Origin: Felis catus
Lineage: Eukaryota
Assembly (NCBI RefSeq): GCF_018350175.1
Contig: NC_058368.1
Span: forward strand, 178,934,001 to 178,998,000
Length of the DNA: 64,000 nucleotides
Direction: 5' to 3'
Positions 1 to 13,920 of the stretch are shown one piece after another (the first letter of the stretch is position 1; the number at the start of each line of letters is the position of its first letter). Under the pieces are notes generated by a model, which saw only the letters and a program-made list of their open reading frames with translations, ran no database searches and was not told the origin of the DNA. The position numbers were made by a program, and so were the translations under genes.

Positions 1-127
1 AGCAGACTGCTTCCCCAGCTGAAAGTGGTATCAGTATTAAAATAAAACAAAGTACTGGATTCATTTATGCTGACTCCTGATGCTCAGGATAATGACTAAT
101 TTACCAGAACAGGGAGAGCTGACCTCC

Positions 128-290
128 AGCACTGGCTCTCAACCTTTGCCTGCACATGAGAATTACCTGGGGATGCCCAGGCTGCAATACAACTAATGAA
201 ATGGGATTGTTGCAGGTGGGACCCAGGTGCCAATATCTGCACAGCCCCCAGGTGATTCCAGTGTATAGTGAAGGTTGAGAGCCACGGTCC
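128..290. mobile_element. MER5-family hAT MITE, degenerate
   Basis: Ends cagcactggctctcaac ... gttgagagccacgg are inverted repeats; internal 'cccccaggtgattc' motif. Confidence 0.65.
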
Positions 291-1439
291 CACAGGCTAA
301 CCTGCCACACTCCAATAGAGGAAGCTACTGGTAAACACAACCTGATTTCCATGGCGACGTGTCACTGAGCTCCTCTCCCTTTCAGAGCACACCAAGAGGT
401 GAATTATTTAGTTTCCTTGTCCCTATCCCCACCGTGTTTCAAGTGATGGGGCCTCAAGTGGCAGGGAATCTCTCTTATTTAATGACTGGAGGCTAGGATG
501 GGAGCATGATACAATCTTGCCTGTAAAGACCTGCTGGAGTAACCATTTCTTTGCAGAGAACGGCAGGCAGATGTGGAGTGTGCTGAGGAACAGTTAGGAT
601 GTGGCAATGGGGACAAGAGACAGACTTTTCTGTGAGAATTGCTATAGTTTGAGGATGCCACATTGATACTAGAATATTCTGGTAGTCTTTCTTGGGATTT
701 GGTTCCTGGGAAACTATGATATCAGATCTCTCAAAAAAAAAAAAAAGAGAAGGAAACCACTGTTCATCTTTAAACACTGCATTTGTGTTTGTGTATTTAT
801 AGGAAAATATCAGAAAGATACACATTTCACTTTTAAGACTGGTCACTTCTGGAGGCTGAAATTTAGGGAACAGTGAAAGGGACTTGACTGTTTTTTATGT
901 AACGCTTGTTTACAATGTTTGGATCACTTAAAACAAAAAGTATATAAATATTGGCTTGGTGGGCCATCCTTGCTCTCACTCAGTATTCGGTTCCATATGC
1001 CCCAGATCCAAGTCCCCCATCACCAAAACCTACATCAAGAGTGTCAGTCACACACATCTTTGCTGAGGGCTTCATGAGGAGGCCTAGGAGTGTGTCACAT
1101 CAACTGGGAAGTCTCCAGCACCTTCCTTCCCTCTCCCTGCTCACATCTCCCCATGTGGTAGCTGCCTTCTCTGCCTCCCAGTGATCTCCCTACCTCATGT
1201 CACCTACCTGAACCTTCTTTCCCTTCCTCAGCCCCTCCTCAGCCTGGCTTATACCAGTGGTTTTCCTGCCTCCTACATCCCCTGCCCCCAGGATCCTCAT
1301 GCCATGTCCTCCTCACTTCACAGAATAGGGGATCTACCCTCCTCACTGTGCGTGTGCGTGTGTGTATGTGTGCAGGTGATCTTAAAGATCACATGCTGGC
1401 CATTAACATTAAATCGGTTTCCATCACCTCCATCATATC

Positions 1440-1672
1440 CCTTTGTCCTATTTTACCTTCTCTATAGCACTAATCACTTTCTGACAGTATGTCTTCATTT
1501 GTTTATTGCATCTGTGTCTATCTTCCCACTAAAATATAAATATGTGGTCCGGATTCTGTTCACTGCTATAACCCTAGCACCTATAACTGCTCCTGACATG
1601 CCCTAGGCTCTCAGAAGTATTTGTGAATATATGGTGAATATATGAATGAATGAATGAATGAATGAATGAATG
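1440..1672 (+). mobile_element. L2 3' end with (TGAA)n tail
   Basis: ...ctgttcactgctataaccctagcaccta...gctctcagaagtatttgtgaat...(gaat)n. Confidence 0.75.
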
Positions 1673-3204
1673 ACATTTTTTTCTGACACACAATGGCACA
1701 AGAGGAATAAAGAAAAGGGCTGTCAAGAGGGAAGTGATCAAATCAGAGGTTCCCTGGAGGAAGGTTTCACACTGTTTCTGGGACTGCTGGGAATTGTCTC
1801 CTGGATTTCTTGGCTGTGTCTCCTAGAACCACACCACATGTAAGCCACTACACCAGAAACTTCACATTCCTCATTTTAACCCTCACTGTCATCCTACAAG
1901 GTAGCATTAGCCTAGTTTCACAGATGAGGAAACAATCTCAGGGATCTTTTGTCCCATTCTAGTCAAACAGCTAGAAAGTGACAGAAATGGGATTAAAACT
2001 CCAATCAATCTGATCCCAAAGCACTTTCCACAAAACTCTGCTATCTCATAAAATAACCAAATCTCATTTTATATGCCATGGGCTTAGTGCACTTGGATAG
2101 GTGGGAAGGGTTTCTTCAAAGAAAACTGAAGTTCAAAGAAACCAAGCAATTATTCATTTCCTGAGAGACAGCCACATCAAACCAAACCCCCTTGGAATGG
2201 CTCTAGCTTGGGTGTCCTTTCTACTGACCCACTGTGGGTAGCAAGGCACATGCATTGATGGCTTTTGTTAGCAAAGGGCTGACGTGAGCTAAGCCATTCT
2301 CTCAGTGTTCTTTGGAATGCATGTGCATTTTTAAGGTGGCTTCCCAAGTCTGGGCTCTGTACAAAGGAACCCTTCATGAGTGAAAGCATCCCACATACAA
2401 GTCTTAATCCTGAGATCAAGGATGTCAGTAACACAGTGACTTCACCAAGCGAGCTGACCAGCCAAAGACATTTTATCTTTCCCAGGAGGAAAATGAGCTC
2501 ACATGAATTCACTTTCCCCAGCGTGTGTGCTCCCCTTGTTCTGAAGAGTGCGTGCCATGGCTGTGAGGACACCCCATGAAGCAGGCTCACCCATGAAATG
2601 TGATGAGGATGCTTTCTCCCCTGTTGTTGCTGGTTTTTTAAAAACACTTATTTATAGAGCTTAATTGTGCAAATGTGGGGAGAAAAACAAATGTAAACCT
2701 TGATGGATTGCTGAGAGCATGAGAAAAGAAACCAAGGTTGCTCAACAATCTAGAGAGGCTCACACGTAAAGTGCTTTCCACCATCACTCTAGGGGTGAAG
2801 AAGATGTAGATTTAAGAGAGAGAAACAACCCTTCTTGAAATTAATAATTCAAGGCAGAATCACAAAACTTAATTGCTCCCTGTCAGCCTCAACTCATCCT
2901 TGTCTTTCGTTATTTTGCACAAATTGATTTGGCAGCATTAAATAGCCACCACATTCATTTTTAAAGGACTTTCTTGTTATCTTTAGCCTGTTAATATGTT
3001 CATCCTTCACCCCCCTTAAGTAATTCTGGGCAGATTTTTACTCATTGAAGTTCTCATTTGATCAGAGGAGGGAAATTGTCCAAGATGAAATGTCATCCTG
3101 GAGGACATACATCACCACCCTAAGAGGCCCTGAGGTCCCTCACACCCAGACATGCAGCCCAGAAGTGGGTGCGTTAAAAAGGAAGAAAAGCTGGAGTGTC
3201 TTCT

Positions 3205-3391
3205 GAAGCTGTGCTTTAACCACTCCTCATATGTGGCTACTTAATTTAAATTAATTGAAATTTGTCAATTTGTCTGTCAGTCACATTAGCCCTATTTGAA
3301 GTGCTCACGGGCACTCATGGCTAATCACCACCACATTGGTACCACAAAACACGACTTCTGTCACCACGGGAGGTTCTGTTGGATAGCACTG
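3205..3391. mobile_element. MER3/MER33-like hAT MITE
   Basis: atgtggctacttaatttaaattaatt...gaagtgctc...ggttctgttggatagcactg. Confidence 0.65.
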
Positions 3392-5175
3392 GTTCAAAGC
3401 TTTCAGCCTCCAATAGGGTGGCTTCTTACTACCTTACTCATCTCATGACAAGGTAAGCCAGATATTCTGCATACAGTTTGCCATAATTGACTTTGTGGAA
3501 AATCCAGGTGTGAAAAGCTATGGATTTCGTGCCTGTTCTTACCCGTATGGGATAGTTTCATTGGTGTCAATAGAACAAGGAATGGGGAATGTTTACCATG
3601 TGACCAAGGATGGATGTGACAGAAGAATACTGGTCCTTGGGAGCCTGGCTTATAAATGTTTTATGCAGTGAGCTTGAGAACATCTTTCACCCCTCCTGTG
3701 CCTAAGTGCCATTTGCATACATGCGGCAGGCGGCCTCTGAACCTGCGTAGGCATACTGCATAGATACTGTGATTTCCTTTTCAAGACCGAGCACAGTAGA
3801 ACTTCAGTCTACCGGGCCAGTTGCAGGTTCAAGTTGACCTTGAGCATCCCATTCCCTTTTCTCAGGGCATAGAGATAAAAGGAATACATAGATACCCCTC
3901 ATCCTACATGTTTGGCCTTTAGTCTACCACCAAGCAAGCCTTGGTATAATTAATAGTGCAGTTATCTGCCAATTATTCCACTATTCAAGCAGCACTAGAA
4001 GTACCCGGGGCATAGAGTGAGCATCATGTGCACAATTAATAATTTTCATCACTCAACTACTTGTGCAGTATTTAACCTAATAGCATTAGATGTGCATTAT
4101 TGGGCTTTGATTGCTGTTTTCTTCTATCCACCCACTCTTGTATAACTGTTCTCTATGAAGTTGTCATGATTTGTTGACAAATCATATATTTTTTTCTAAT
4201 TTCTTACACTTTTCAACAGTTTGCATGTACCTGAGCCTCTCCTTTTTAAAAATGTTTCTTTCCTTTGGCTTCCATGACACTGTCCTTTCATGGCCTCTCT
4301 TTTGGATAGACCATGCTTCATGTCATTCACTAGTTTTGTCCTTCTGCCCAGCAAAAGTTACCCTCAGACTTGGATTTCCTCTGAGCAGCATATACCCATG
4401 GCAAGGAGCTAAAATTTTGCCCTGGTGGAATTGGGACTGGAGAACTTAACTGACCACATGAAAACAGTGGGGCATTCCAGGGCAGGGCAGGGCACGCTTA
4501 GACCCAGTTCATCTAGGTGAAGAGTGAGTGTCCCTGGTCAGCAGCACTGCCACTGGTTAGCACCACTGGTTGGAGGAATTAGGGGTTTGTTTGTTTGTTT
4601 GTTTGTTTACTTTAGGATGCAGGAAGTAGAGACCAGACTACTACAAGATGGTAGAAGAGGAGGATCATAAGAATGAGCCTGTCCACCTGGGATCACTAGG
4701 TATAATATGTGTAGCAGCAAGACTAACTATAGACCCTGTCTTCTGGTGGACGGAAAATGTTGCCAATATTCGCTTGTCTTTGGGCAGGGCAAGCCAATGA
4801 GGTGGCTGGCCCCAAGTTTTCAGGGGGAAAGAGTTGGCTAGGAGGACCTAGAGAAATTCCAGGTTGACATCATCATACTTCTGCCTCTTCTTCCTCTACA
4901 TTTGTACCCTCTCTACCACCCATCTTTGAAAGGCTTAGGGATATGTGAATTCCCATATCCACTGAAACCCATGAAAGATTCCTACTAGCTATACTGTTTT
5001 ATCATCCAAAACCAACTAAAGACTTTTTCCTCCATAGTTTACCCCCAATCATATAGGATTATACCTTTGTTATTATCTTTGATTCCTATCCCTCTTGAAC
5101 CCCACACTTAGTTGGTTACTAAATTCTGACAATTCTATTAAACATCTTTCCGATAGGTTCCTCATGGCCTTAGAG

Positions 5176-5356
5176 CAGTGGTTCTCAAAGTCTGGTCTCT
5201 AAACCAGCAGCATCAGCATCACTTGGAAATGTGTTATAAATACATATTCTCAGCTCTCACTTACAGAATCAGAAACTCTAGAGATAAGGCCCAGACATCT
5301 ATGTTTAACAAGCCCTCCAGATGGTTTTGACTCATGCACAAGTTTGAGAGCTACTG
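5176..5356. mobile_element. MER5A hAT MITE
   Basis: TIRs cagtggttctcaaag / tttgagagctactg; diagnostic 'ccagcagcatcagcatcacttgg' and 'tttaacaagccctccag'. Confidence 0.85.
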
Positions 5357-5716
5357 CCTTGAATCACAATTCAAACTCCTTACACTGGCCTCCAAGGCTC
5401 TAGATAATCTGGCCCTTCCTAATTCTCCAAACTCATATGAAGCTGCTTCAATGCTTCAGCCACAGTGGTCTTCTTTCAACAACTAGGAGGGCCTAAGATC
5501 TTCCCACCTCAAGCCTTTGTAAATGCCAAGTCCTCCATCTGGAATTTTCTTAGGTTCTTTGCTCTTCTTCCCACTTTTCACATTGCAAACTCCTCTAATC
5601 TTTTAATTTTTAGCATATATCATAGAAGTTATGCTTGGCCAAGCTACCTAAAGTACCTGCCTCACATCTGCCCTAACTTTTTTGGATATTCCCTATATCT
5701 ATTCCTTGATTATTTG

Positions 5717-5955
5717 TTTTTTTTTGTTTTTTTTTTTTTTTAATTTTTTTTTCAACATTTATTTCTTTTTGGGACAGAGAGAGACAGAGCGTGAACGGGG
5801 GAGGGGCAGAGAGAGAGGGAGACACAGAATCGGAAACAGGCTCCAGGCTCTGAGCCATCAGCCCAGAGCCCGACGCGGGGCTCGAACTCATGGACCGCAA
5901 GATCGTGACCTGGCTGAAGTCGGACGCTTAACCGACTGCGCCACCCAGGCACCCC
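5717..5955 (-). mobile_element. Young feline Can-SINE (SINEC_Fc type)
   Basis: Full tRNA-derived head, (CT)n and poly-A; CpGs retained. TSD ccttgattatttg (5704-5716) / ccttaattatttg (5956-5968). Confidence 0.95.
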
Positions 5956-5980
5956 CCTTAATTATTTGTTTTGTATCACA

Positions 5981-6043
5981 ATCTATATCTATATCTATAT
6001 ATCTATATCTATATCTATATCTATATCTATATCTATATCTATA
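5981..6043. repeat. (TATATC)n microsatellite
   Basis: Direct reading. Confidence 0.95.
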
Positions 6044-9000
6044 TTTTCTGTTTACTGGCCTTGTTTGAAGAAGAAGAGGAAGATGTAGACATGAAGACAT
6101 CACCTGTCTTACTCACCCTTGTGTTTTCAGCATGAAACCTGAGACACAGTGAAAGCTCAAAACAAAACAAAACAAAAAAACCTAGTTGTTGAATGAATGC
6201 ATCTACCCTGCCTTCACCTCTATGTATAGAGCTATAAACATTGGAGGCCTTGGTTTGTTTATCTTCAAATGATCCTCACAGTCCCCTCTAGCGCTATGCC
6301 ATGGTATGATGGGTGAAATACTATATAATACGATGCAGCAAGCATCTTTTACTCTGAATAGATTCTGGTCCACCCTAACTTGGCCAAACTTTGAGCCAGG
6401 TCATTGCTCCCAACTTGCAGCCTTATGCAGCCATCAGATTTACTTTCCCTCAGTCATTATTTTCACCATGCCCTCTTTGGATTTGGCCATCAAACTCATG
6501 AAAGATCAAAGCAAGCCATTCCCATTCTAAGGTTCAGACAATTAGAAAAAAAGGCCTATTTGTTAACAATAATGCCAAGGTTTGTATGGCAGTTCAAAAA
6601 ATATAGAAGGTAAGAGGCTCATTTTGCAGATGTTCAACGTAAGTAAGAAAAATGTGTCTGTATGTAAAGCTTCTTCCTTTTAACAACAAGGGAGATCAAG
6701 GTGCTGAGATAGGTCTGGATGTAGCATGTGAGAGACCTTGAGTACCCTCCCCATGGTCCCCAACTGGGCCTGGGTCTGTAGCTATGGGAACTCTTGGTCC
6801 TGGATCCCTTTGGCCTCACTGGCTTCTAAATCCATGTTTTCTCAAAGCATTACACTTGATCCTAAGAGAGGAATTCCCTTTGCCAAGATCAGCTCCAAGG
6901 AGTGGGTCCAAAAACCTGAGCCAATGACACCCTGCCAAAGCACGTGAGCGCTGCTGTGAGTCCCTGGGCACATGGTTATGCTTACAAAGTACCTTTAGGC
7001 ACTTCACAATTTGTTTTTGTGGATATATGAGACCTAAACCAGGTGATGATACACCTCTTCCTCAGGGAACCAGAACTTGCTAATTTCCAAGAATAATGAC
7101 AACAACAACCATAGATAATATTTATGGAGGAATTACTCTATTGGTCTGGCAACCCGTGAAGTACTTTACACGAATGGTCTCTTTTAGTCTTCCAATACAA
7201 TCTTATAAAACAGGTGCTATTATTTTCCTGCTTTATAAGATGAAGTACAGAGGTCCCCATGGGTCACACAGCCAGTCAATGGCAGTGTTGAGATTCCACC
7301 CAGGACAATGCTCTGATCCACCCATTGCAGCATCCCCATCATCTTTCCCATGAGGCAGTTTTGACTTGCCACTTTATAGATCAGGAAACTGAGGCTCAGC
7401 TAGGGCTGCCCAGCTGTACCAGGTCCTTAACTCCCTCCTATGAAGTCAATGTTGCTCCTCTTTACTATATGTTAAACTTTATGACTTTCCATAAAAAGAA
7501 CAGATGGGTGGGAGACAGGAGAGGGTAGTGGAGAGAAAGCATCACAGAGAAAAAAAATTAAAAGAGAGGGAGAGAGCACGTGAAGTCTAATGTTCTAGGT
7601 GGTAAAATTAATTAGGGAAAACAGTCCAAGACAGAACAGATAAGATGGAAACCTTCTCAGGAAGACTGAAAAGGAGCAATTGTGCCTGGGCAGACTGTTA
7701 ACTTTCAGTTCTAGGGGCTTCTGGAGGGTGTAGTTACTAGTGAAGCCCCAAACTGCAGAACTGTAACTTGGTCTTCAACAATATGAGCACCTACTCATGA
7801 CAGGCCAAAGAGAATTGCAGAATCCTCCAAATTGATGAAAAGAAAAAAAAAAGGTCAGAAAAGATGGTTTTGTTAATTATTAAGTTGTTAGCCATTCTTC
7901 AAGAAACGTATCTTGGATCCACTAAAAGGCAAAGAGGTGGCTCTCCATTTTTTTAAGCAGGATGGAGTTGTTAATAAGAAGTCTCAGTCCCTTCAGGTGA
8001 AGAATGTGATTGAATGGAGCTGAAGAGACAAAATGGGTGTTCACTGAGTCTAAATTGCTATCTAAGAAGCGGCCAAAAGATCATCTAGACTTTTGGGTCC
8101 TAATACTTTTTGGGAACAAATGAATGAGAAAAACCCACCCTACTTGAGGGAACACACAGGGAAATCCAGTTTGCCAATGACATGGTTGGAGGAAATAAAA
8201 ATGGGTTATTGGATGCCAAGAAACTGACAAGGCAGAGGTTGGGTTTTGAGGGAGAAAAGATAAGAGAGAAATAAGATGGGGGCAGAGAATTCCTATTTTT
8301 ACTAAAACTACTCCCTGCCTGAAGACCAATGTCTTGCATGCCTGACCTCATTTCCTACTGGTCCAGGACCACAGGGCCAGAGCTCATTTGTATGGACAGT
8401 ATAACTCTCACCACTGGTACTGACTCATCAGATGGCTGTGGCCCACTGGGACTTTCTGGACACCATGTGGGGAGCAACATAGTGGGAGGATGCAGGTGCC
8501 TCCGCCTCTGAATTCAAGAGGGCACACACAGCAGGGCAGGAAGAAGGTGGGGGATGGCAGGAGGAGGCAAGGGGGGTCAGCTAATTACCAATTACCAAGC
8601 CCTTTGCAAACACAACAGCTTCACCTGAATGATAAATGTTATTACTCTAGCTCCATTTTGCCAACTGCGATGTTTCTACTTGCAAATTTAGAGAATTCTC
8701 CAAGGGAGCAGCAGATTGCTTATCCCACAAAACTTCCACCCTAGCTCACATCCTGACTGGCTAAAGGCTGCAGGATAAAATTCTTTCTAAAACACAAGTT
8801 GTGTAACATCTATGCAAATAGCCAGGAATGGAAACTTTCAAACACATGTCATAAATGTCTTTACCTAAACAGAGTCATTTACATTTTATAGCATTTTTCA
8901 ACTTATAAAGCACGTGCACATCCTGTGTCTCACTTAGTCCTCCTAACCTTCTGTGGAGTAGTGTTATTCCCCATTTATCAGATGAGAAACCAGTGGCTCA

Positions 9001-9502
9001 AAATAGTGCAGATATGCTCAAGGTCACAAAGGCATGTGCAAAAAGGAATGAAGAGGGGTTAAATACAAGTTTCTTGGTTCAAAATTTCCCTCATATGAGT
9101 GTGTGACTGTGCATGTATGTGTTTGTGTGTGTTTGCCAATATATCTGTTTCAGCGCCTAGCATAAAGGGTGAAACTCCACACTAGAGTAATTGTTTTCAG
9201 TAGACACCCTTTTGTAATGATGAAAGTAACACATAAATACTGTAGAAAATTTAGAAATGATATGAAAGTATAAATAAAAAAGTGAAAACCTTCCATATAA
9301 GCTTACCACCTAGACAACCTCATGTTGTTTAGAACAACAAAAAATCTCTCAATCTGAATCACCCTTGGCCTGATTCTTCTACCCAATCTCATATTTGCAT
9401 AAACAGAGGAAAGGAAAAGGAGCCAGAGAGGCTGTGTGCAAATTGTAGTTCAAACAGGTGGTATCCTCAGTAGAGTGATTTAACCTCCCTGATCTTAGTT
9501 TC

Positions 9503-9523
9503 TTTTTTTTTTTTTTAATTTAT

Positions 9524-9561
<38 letters not shown>

Positions 9562-9742
9562 CAAGAGAGAGAGGAGGGGCACAAGCAGGGGAGGGGCAGA
9601 GAGAGATGGAGAGAGAGGATCTAAAGCAGGCCCCACCCTCCATGCTGAGTCTGATGCAGGGCTTGATCTCATGACTATGAGATCATGACCTGAGCCGAAA
9701 TCAAGAGTTGGACTGTTAAATGACTGAGCCTCCCAGGCACCC
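9503..9742 (-). mobile_element. Can-SINE inserted in a MIR
   Basis: Head ...tgactgagcctcccaggcaccc; (GA)n; T tail. TSD tgatcttagttt / tgatcttggttt. Confidence 0.9.
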
Positions 9743-11415
9743 ATGATCTTGGTTTATTTTGTAAAATGGAGTAAAATTATATCTGCAGAGTAGGACTGAT
9801 AAGAGAAATCCACAACTTGGCATTTACAAAGTGTTTAGAAACCTATGACAATAATCACTGTATAAAAATTTGTTAAATAAAAGGGTTACTCAGTCTCAAC
9901 ACACAAATCCAAAGCTCCCTTCCAGATGATTCTCCTTGGAAAGCCCCCCCAGAATATATCAGATACTCAAAAGAGATAGGTTATAGCCAATCGAACAGCT
10001 CTGCCTGAGGAACTCTGGGGAGTGAGACAATACAATTTAAGGGAAATACAATGGGTTAGGTTCTGGCTTTAGCTCTGCTATGCATTAGCTGTGTGACCAT
10101 ACACAAATCACTTAACCTCTCTGAGTACTGTAAATCTATAAATTGAAATAACTTGATCAGTCCAGGAAGTAATGTAGGTGATACTCTATAAACTGCAAAA
10201 TCCTCAATTATTAAGGTTGTTTTTCTCATTGCTGTTATTATTATAAAGGTAACAGCCAATATCTACCTTATTGAGATAATTAAATGTATTAGGCCTGCTT
10301 CAAATACAATAGCAAGGGCATTAAGAAAGCTCTAACCTGGCCAGGTAAACAGATTCTAGATCATTCAGCTAATGGCTTCAGTTTATTGACAATATTTTTA
10401 TTCACTAACACTATTTCTTGGTATCCCATAATATTACCTTGGTTCTACCTGCATAAATTAGGGATCATCTTCTTTGAGGCCCTACCTCTCATCCATAAAG
10501 TAAGAGAATTCTCTTTGGAAGCAATAAATACCTTAGGCAATGTGGATGCTCTATTGGAATTCTTTCTGGGAAGCTTCCTCCAAAAGCCGCAGACCAGCTA
10601 TGCAAATCCTGAAGAGTGATGTTATTGCAATTTGAGTTAACGTTCTTTCTCAAAAGTGAAATGGCATGAAAGTTAAAGAAATGCATGAACTGAATAGAAA
10701 GGCCACTTGGGTTATGACAAAGCTCTTAAATAAGGTTTATCAAATCCCAGCAGGCACATGGTATTCTGATAGAGACAGAAATGTTCTAACTTCCAACTCC
10801 TCTGAAGCATTTTTTTTAAAGATCATCTCTCCATTCTTGAGGGGTCACCACACTATTCTCTTCCTTGCAGCAAAGGGGCAAAATACTGTGGTTGTGCACG
10901 ATTCGACTTAGGAACTTAAAGGTTCAGTTAAGATCTTGGGTAAAGATTGTCATTAATACTGTTTACAACTTGTTCTGGACAGTGGTCCCTAATCGTCAGC
11001 AAAAGCAGTTATCTCCTTGTACTCTGTGGGCATAATCCCCTCTCTGGAAGCATCTTCTCCTGAGCACTTATTCTGCACAGGGGCTCTGATGAAATGGGTT
11101 GGGAAACATGGGGTTAAACAAAATTAAGCAGACATCTTTACTGGAGGCAGGAATTCTCAGAGCTTTTAAGGTATAGTAAATTCCTAGGCAAGGGATAAAA
11201 GTGGCAGAGTTTCCCTCATTAATTTGACCACAAAACTGATCTGTAGGCCTGAGTTTCCATGGAATGTGTTTGGGTAAGTTTGACTCATCTTTAAAAATAT
11301 TGTAACAATTTTCAATTTCTCAAAAGTCCAAGCTTATTTTTCTGGATAGCCTCTCAAAACTTTGCATTAAGAAAGAAAAAACTATATGTAAATAAAGATC
11401 ACATGGTGTTAGAGT

Positions 11416-11461
11416 GGCTGGTTAGCTCAGTTGGTCAGAGTGTGCGGCTAATAACGCCAAG
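11416..11461 (+). pseudogene. 5' half of tRNA-Ile(AAT), 3'-truncated retrocopy
   Basis: GGCTGGTTAGCTCAGTTGGTCAGAGTGTGCGGCTAATAACGCCAAG matches ~41/46 nt of the mammalian tRNA-Ile-AAT 5' part as I recall it (D arm/A box, CT-AAT-AA anticodon loop). T arm/B box and 3' acceptor strand are absent. Confidence 0.85.
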
Positions 11462-12535
11462 ATTATGCAGCGTTTCTTGTTAGGAAATGATGATCTTGAG
11501 TGTTATAATCCGAAATCTCACATCAGGAGCAATATGGATTTAATTCAAATCGCAAATACGATTTCCTGAGTGCTTTCCCCATTCCAGACATTTTTCTAGG
11601 CTACCATTGCACTCATTCCCATTGACCATTATCTGACATGCCCTTCCTTCATGGCACTAAGACACTGGCATTAGGACTCTTTCTTAAACATTTGTAGAAG
11701 GAATTGACAAATAAATAACTGAGAGAGATAAATAGCATACTTGAAAAGGTAATTGAGAAAGTGTTTCTACGCACTGAGTGAAGATCTAACAAAATGAATT
11801 TTAGTTCATAGAGCCAACTTTAACTATATATTTTGACAATAAGAGCTGCCAATCTCTACAAAAACAACTTTCTGTCACTGGGCTTGGAGGAGCTCCAGGT
11901 GTCCTTGGGTGGAGGGCAGAAAGCTGAGAAGAGCCTTCTACATTGATCATGGTAAGTTCAGTCATTCAGTTCTTAGGCTTTCCTGTAAGTCCAAAGGAAG
12001 GGCCAAGTCCCAGCTATAAATTAAGTCAGCAGAAATGAACGAGTACAGAGGTGATGTGCTCTCAAGGGTTATGCTGTCCATCACCTGCCACTGGAGCTGC
12101 GCTATCACCTTTTATGACATCAACGGAATGCTTCAGCTGAGTTACAGCTATGTCCTCTTACCAAACCCACCAGTTACTACCAGTTACCCAGTAAGTGAGC
12201 TCTCTGTGTGGTGTGAATAGTGAGATCTGGGGTTGCATTTATCTCCCAAGTAGGAGTGCCAGCCAGTAAAATGTTGAGCCATGAAAGAAGGGACGGGAGG
12301 AGAAGAACCACCTGATAAACTTTGCTCAAACCCACCCAGTTTCTGGAATTCTATTAATAACTCCCAGAGAAAGTGTTTCCACCCTATCCCCTTGGCATTT
12401 TTAAAATTAAAGTATGTAAATGAGTCCCCACACAGCTAATTGCATGTAATTATATCTTACATGATATTATTTTTTATTGTATTACATTATATTTTGTACA
12501 GTCATAATAAGTGCATAATCATTATTATGGCACAG

Positions 12536-12745
12536 GCAATATGGCATAGTGGTGAGGAGCTGAGGCTCTGAAATCACACTGCCTGGGTTTGAAACCACCT
12601 CTGTCTCCGACTGTCTGACATTCACCAAGTTCCTAAATTTTGAGAAGCCAATCTTCTTCTTAGTGTTTATCTATTCACTGGAGATAAAAATAGTCTCTAT
12701 CTTATTGTTTTGTGGATTAAATGACATAGTTCATATAAAGTACTG
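12536..12745 (+). mobile_element. MIR
   Basis: ggcaatatggcatagtggtgaggagc...cctgggtttgaaacc...ggattaaatgaca. Confidence 0.7.
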
Positions 12746-13704
12746 GATTCTAAATCTAACAACACTGATGACAATTATTACCAGGATGTGTATTAATATT
12801 AACAAAGTGTAGTCATTTAGTATAATTTCAGGAAAATTAGGAAGGCAAAAAAAAAAAAAAAGTTCAATAAAAGCTTATCTACTAATACTAATCTACTGGT
12901 TAATATCTAAGATTTTACCTTTAAAATACCATCAAATTTAACTTAAGGTCCTGATCTCTGTTAACATGTAAACACTTCAGGGAAGAATAATGTTTTAGCT
13001 GCTTTCAGCTGCCTACACATTAGCAGGTTTCACTGGGGCTCAAAGAATTGCTGTTGAAGAGGTCATGAACACACTGCTTACCTGAAGAAAGATGGTGACA
13101 CAAATCAAGGCAAGTGACTCCATGATCATTATAATGAAAACATCAGGACAATTCTACTTGCCATACACTCACCACTTCTTCAAAACATAATGGCCACTTT
13201 AATGTTGACATCAAATTAACACATGCTGGAGAAATAGGGGCACAATTACACCAGATAGCAGACCCCAGAGAATAAGTCAGGTGGCCACCAGTCCAGGGTA
13301 AACTGATGGGCTCAGTGGCCCTGGACGTTAATTTTTAATCTGGAGTTTAGAGGAAGTAAAATTTGATGAGTGTGGTCAAGTTTGTGTCCAACAATTCATT
13401 TCCATGGAATTAAAGCAACTTAATAAATCTCATGAGCCTTGGAATAGAGCATTGTCCAGTGACAGAATAAAATACAGGGTATCAGGAGACTCATTTGGGC
13501 CCCAGCTCTGCCCCAAATTGATGCTGTGCCCCTGGAAAATTCACATGGCCTCTCTGAGCCCCAGTTACCTCAATTTAAAACAACGAGTTGAACGACATCA
13601 CCTCGGAACATTATTTTAAATTTTAAATTATATTTAAAATCATTTATCAATTCCACAAGCCATCTGGGCTTGAAGTGTCCTTGTGAAAAAGCTGAAATGT
13701 GATA

Positions 13705-13920
13705 GGGGTGTCTGGGTGGGTCAGTCTGTTAAGCATCTGACTCTTGATTTCAGCTCAGGTCATGATCTCATGGTTCGTGGGATCTAGCCCTGCATAGGGC
13801 TCTATGCTGACAGTGTAGAGCCTGCTTGGGATTCTCTCTCTCCATATCTTTCTGCCCCTCCCCTGCACACCCACACTCATCCACTCTCTCTCTTGCTCTC
13901 TCAAAATAATTAAATAAATG
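13705..13920 (+). mobile_element. Can-SINE
   Basis: ggggtgtctgggtgggtcagtctgttaagcatctgactcttgatttcagctcaggtcatgatctc; degenerate TSD tgaaatgtgata / tgaaatttgaca. Confidence 0.9.

Noticed and set aside
5682..6068. 128-aa ORF, and the similar 102-aa ORF at 33518-33826
   Set aside because: Antisense read-through of near-identical SINE copies, which explains the similarity.
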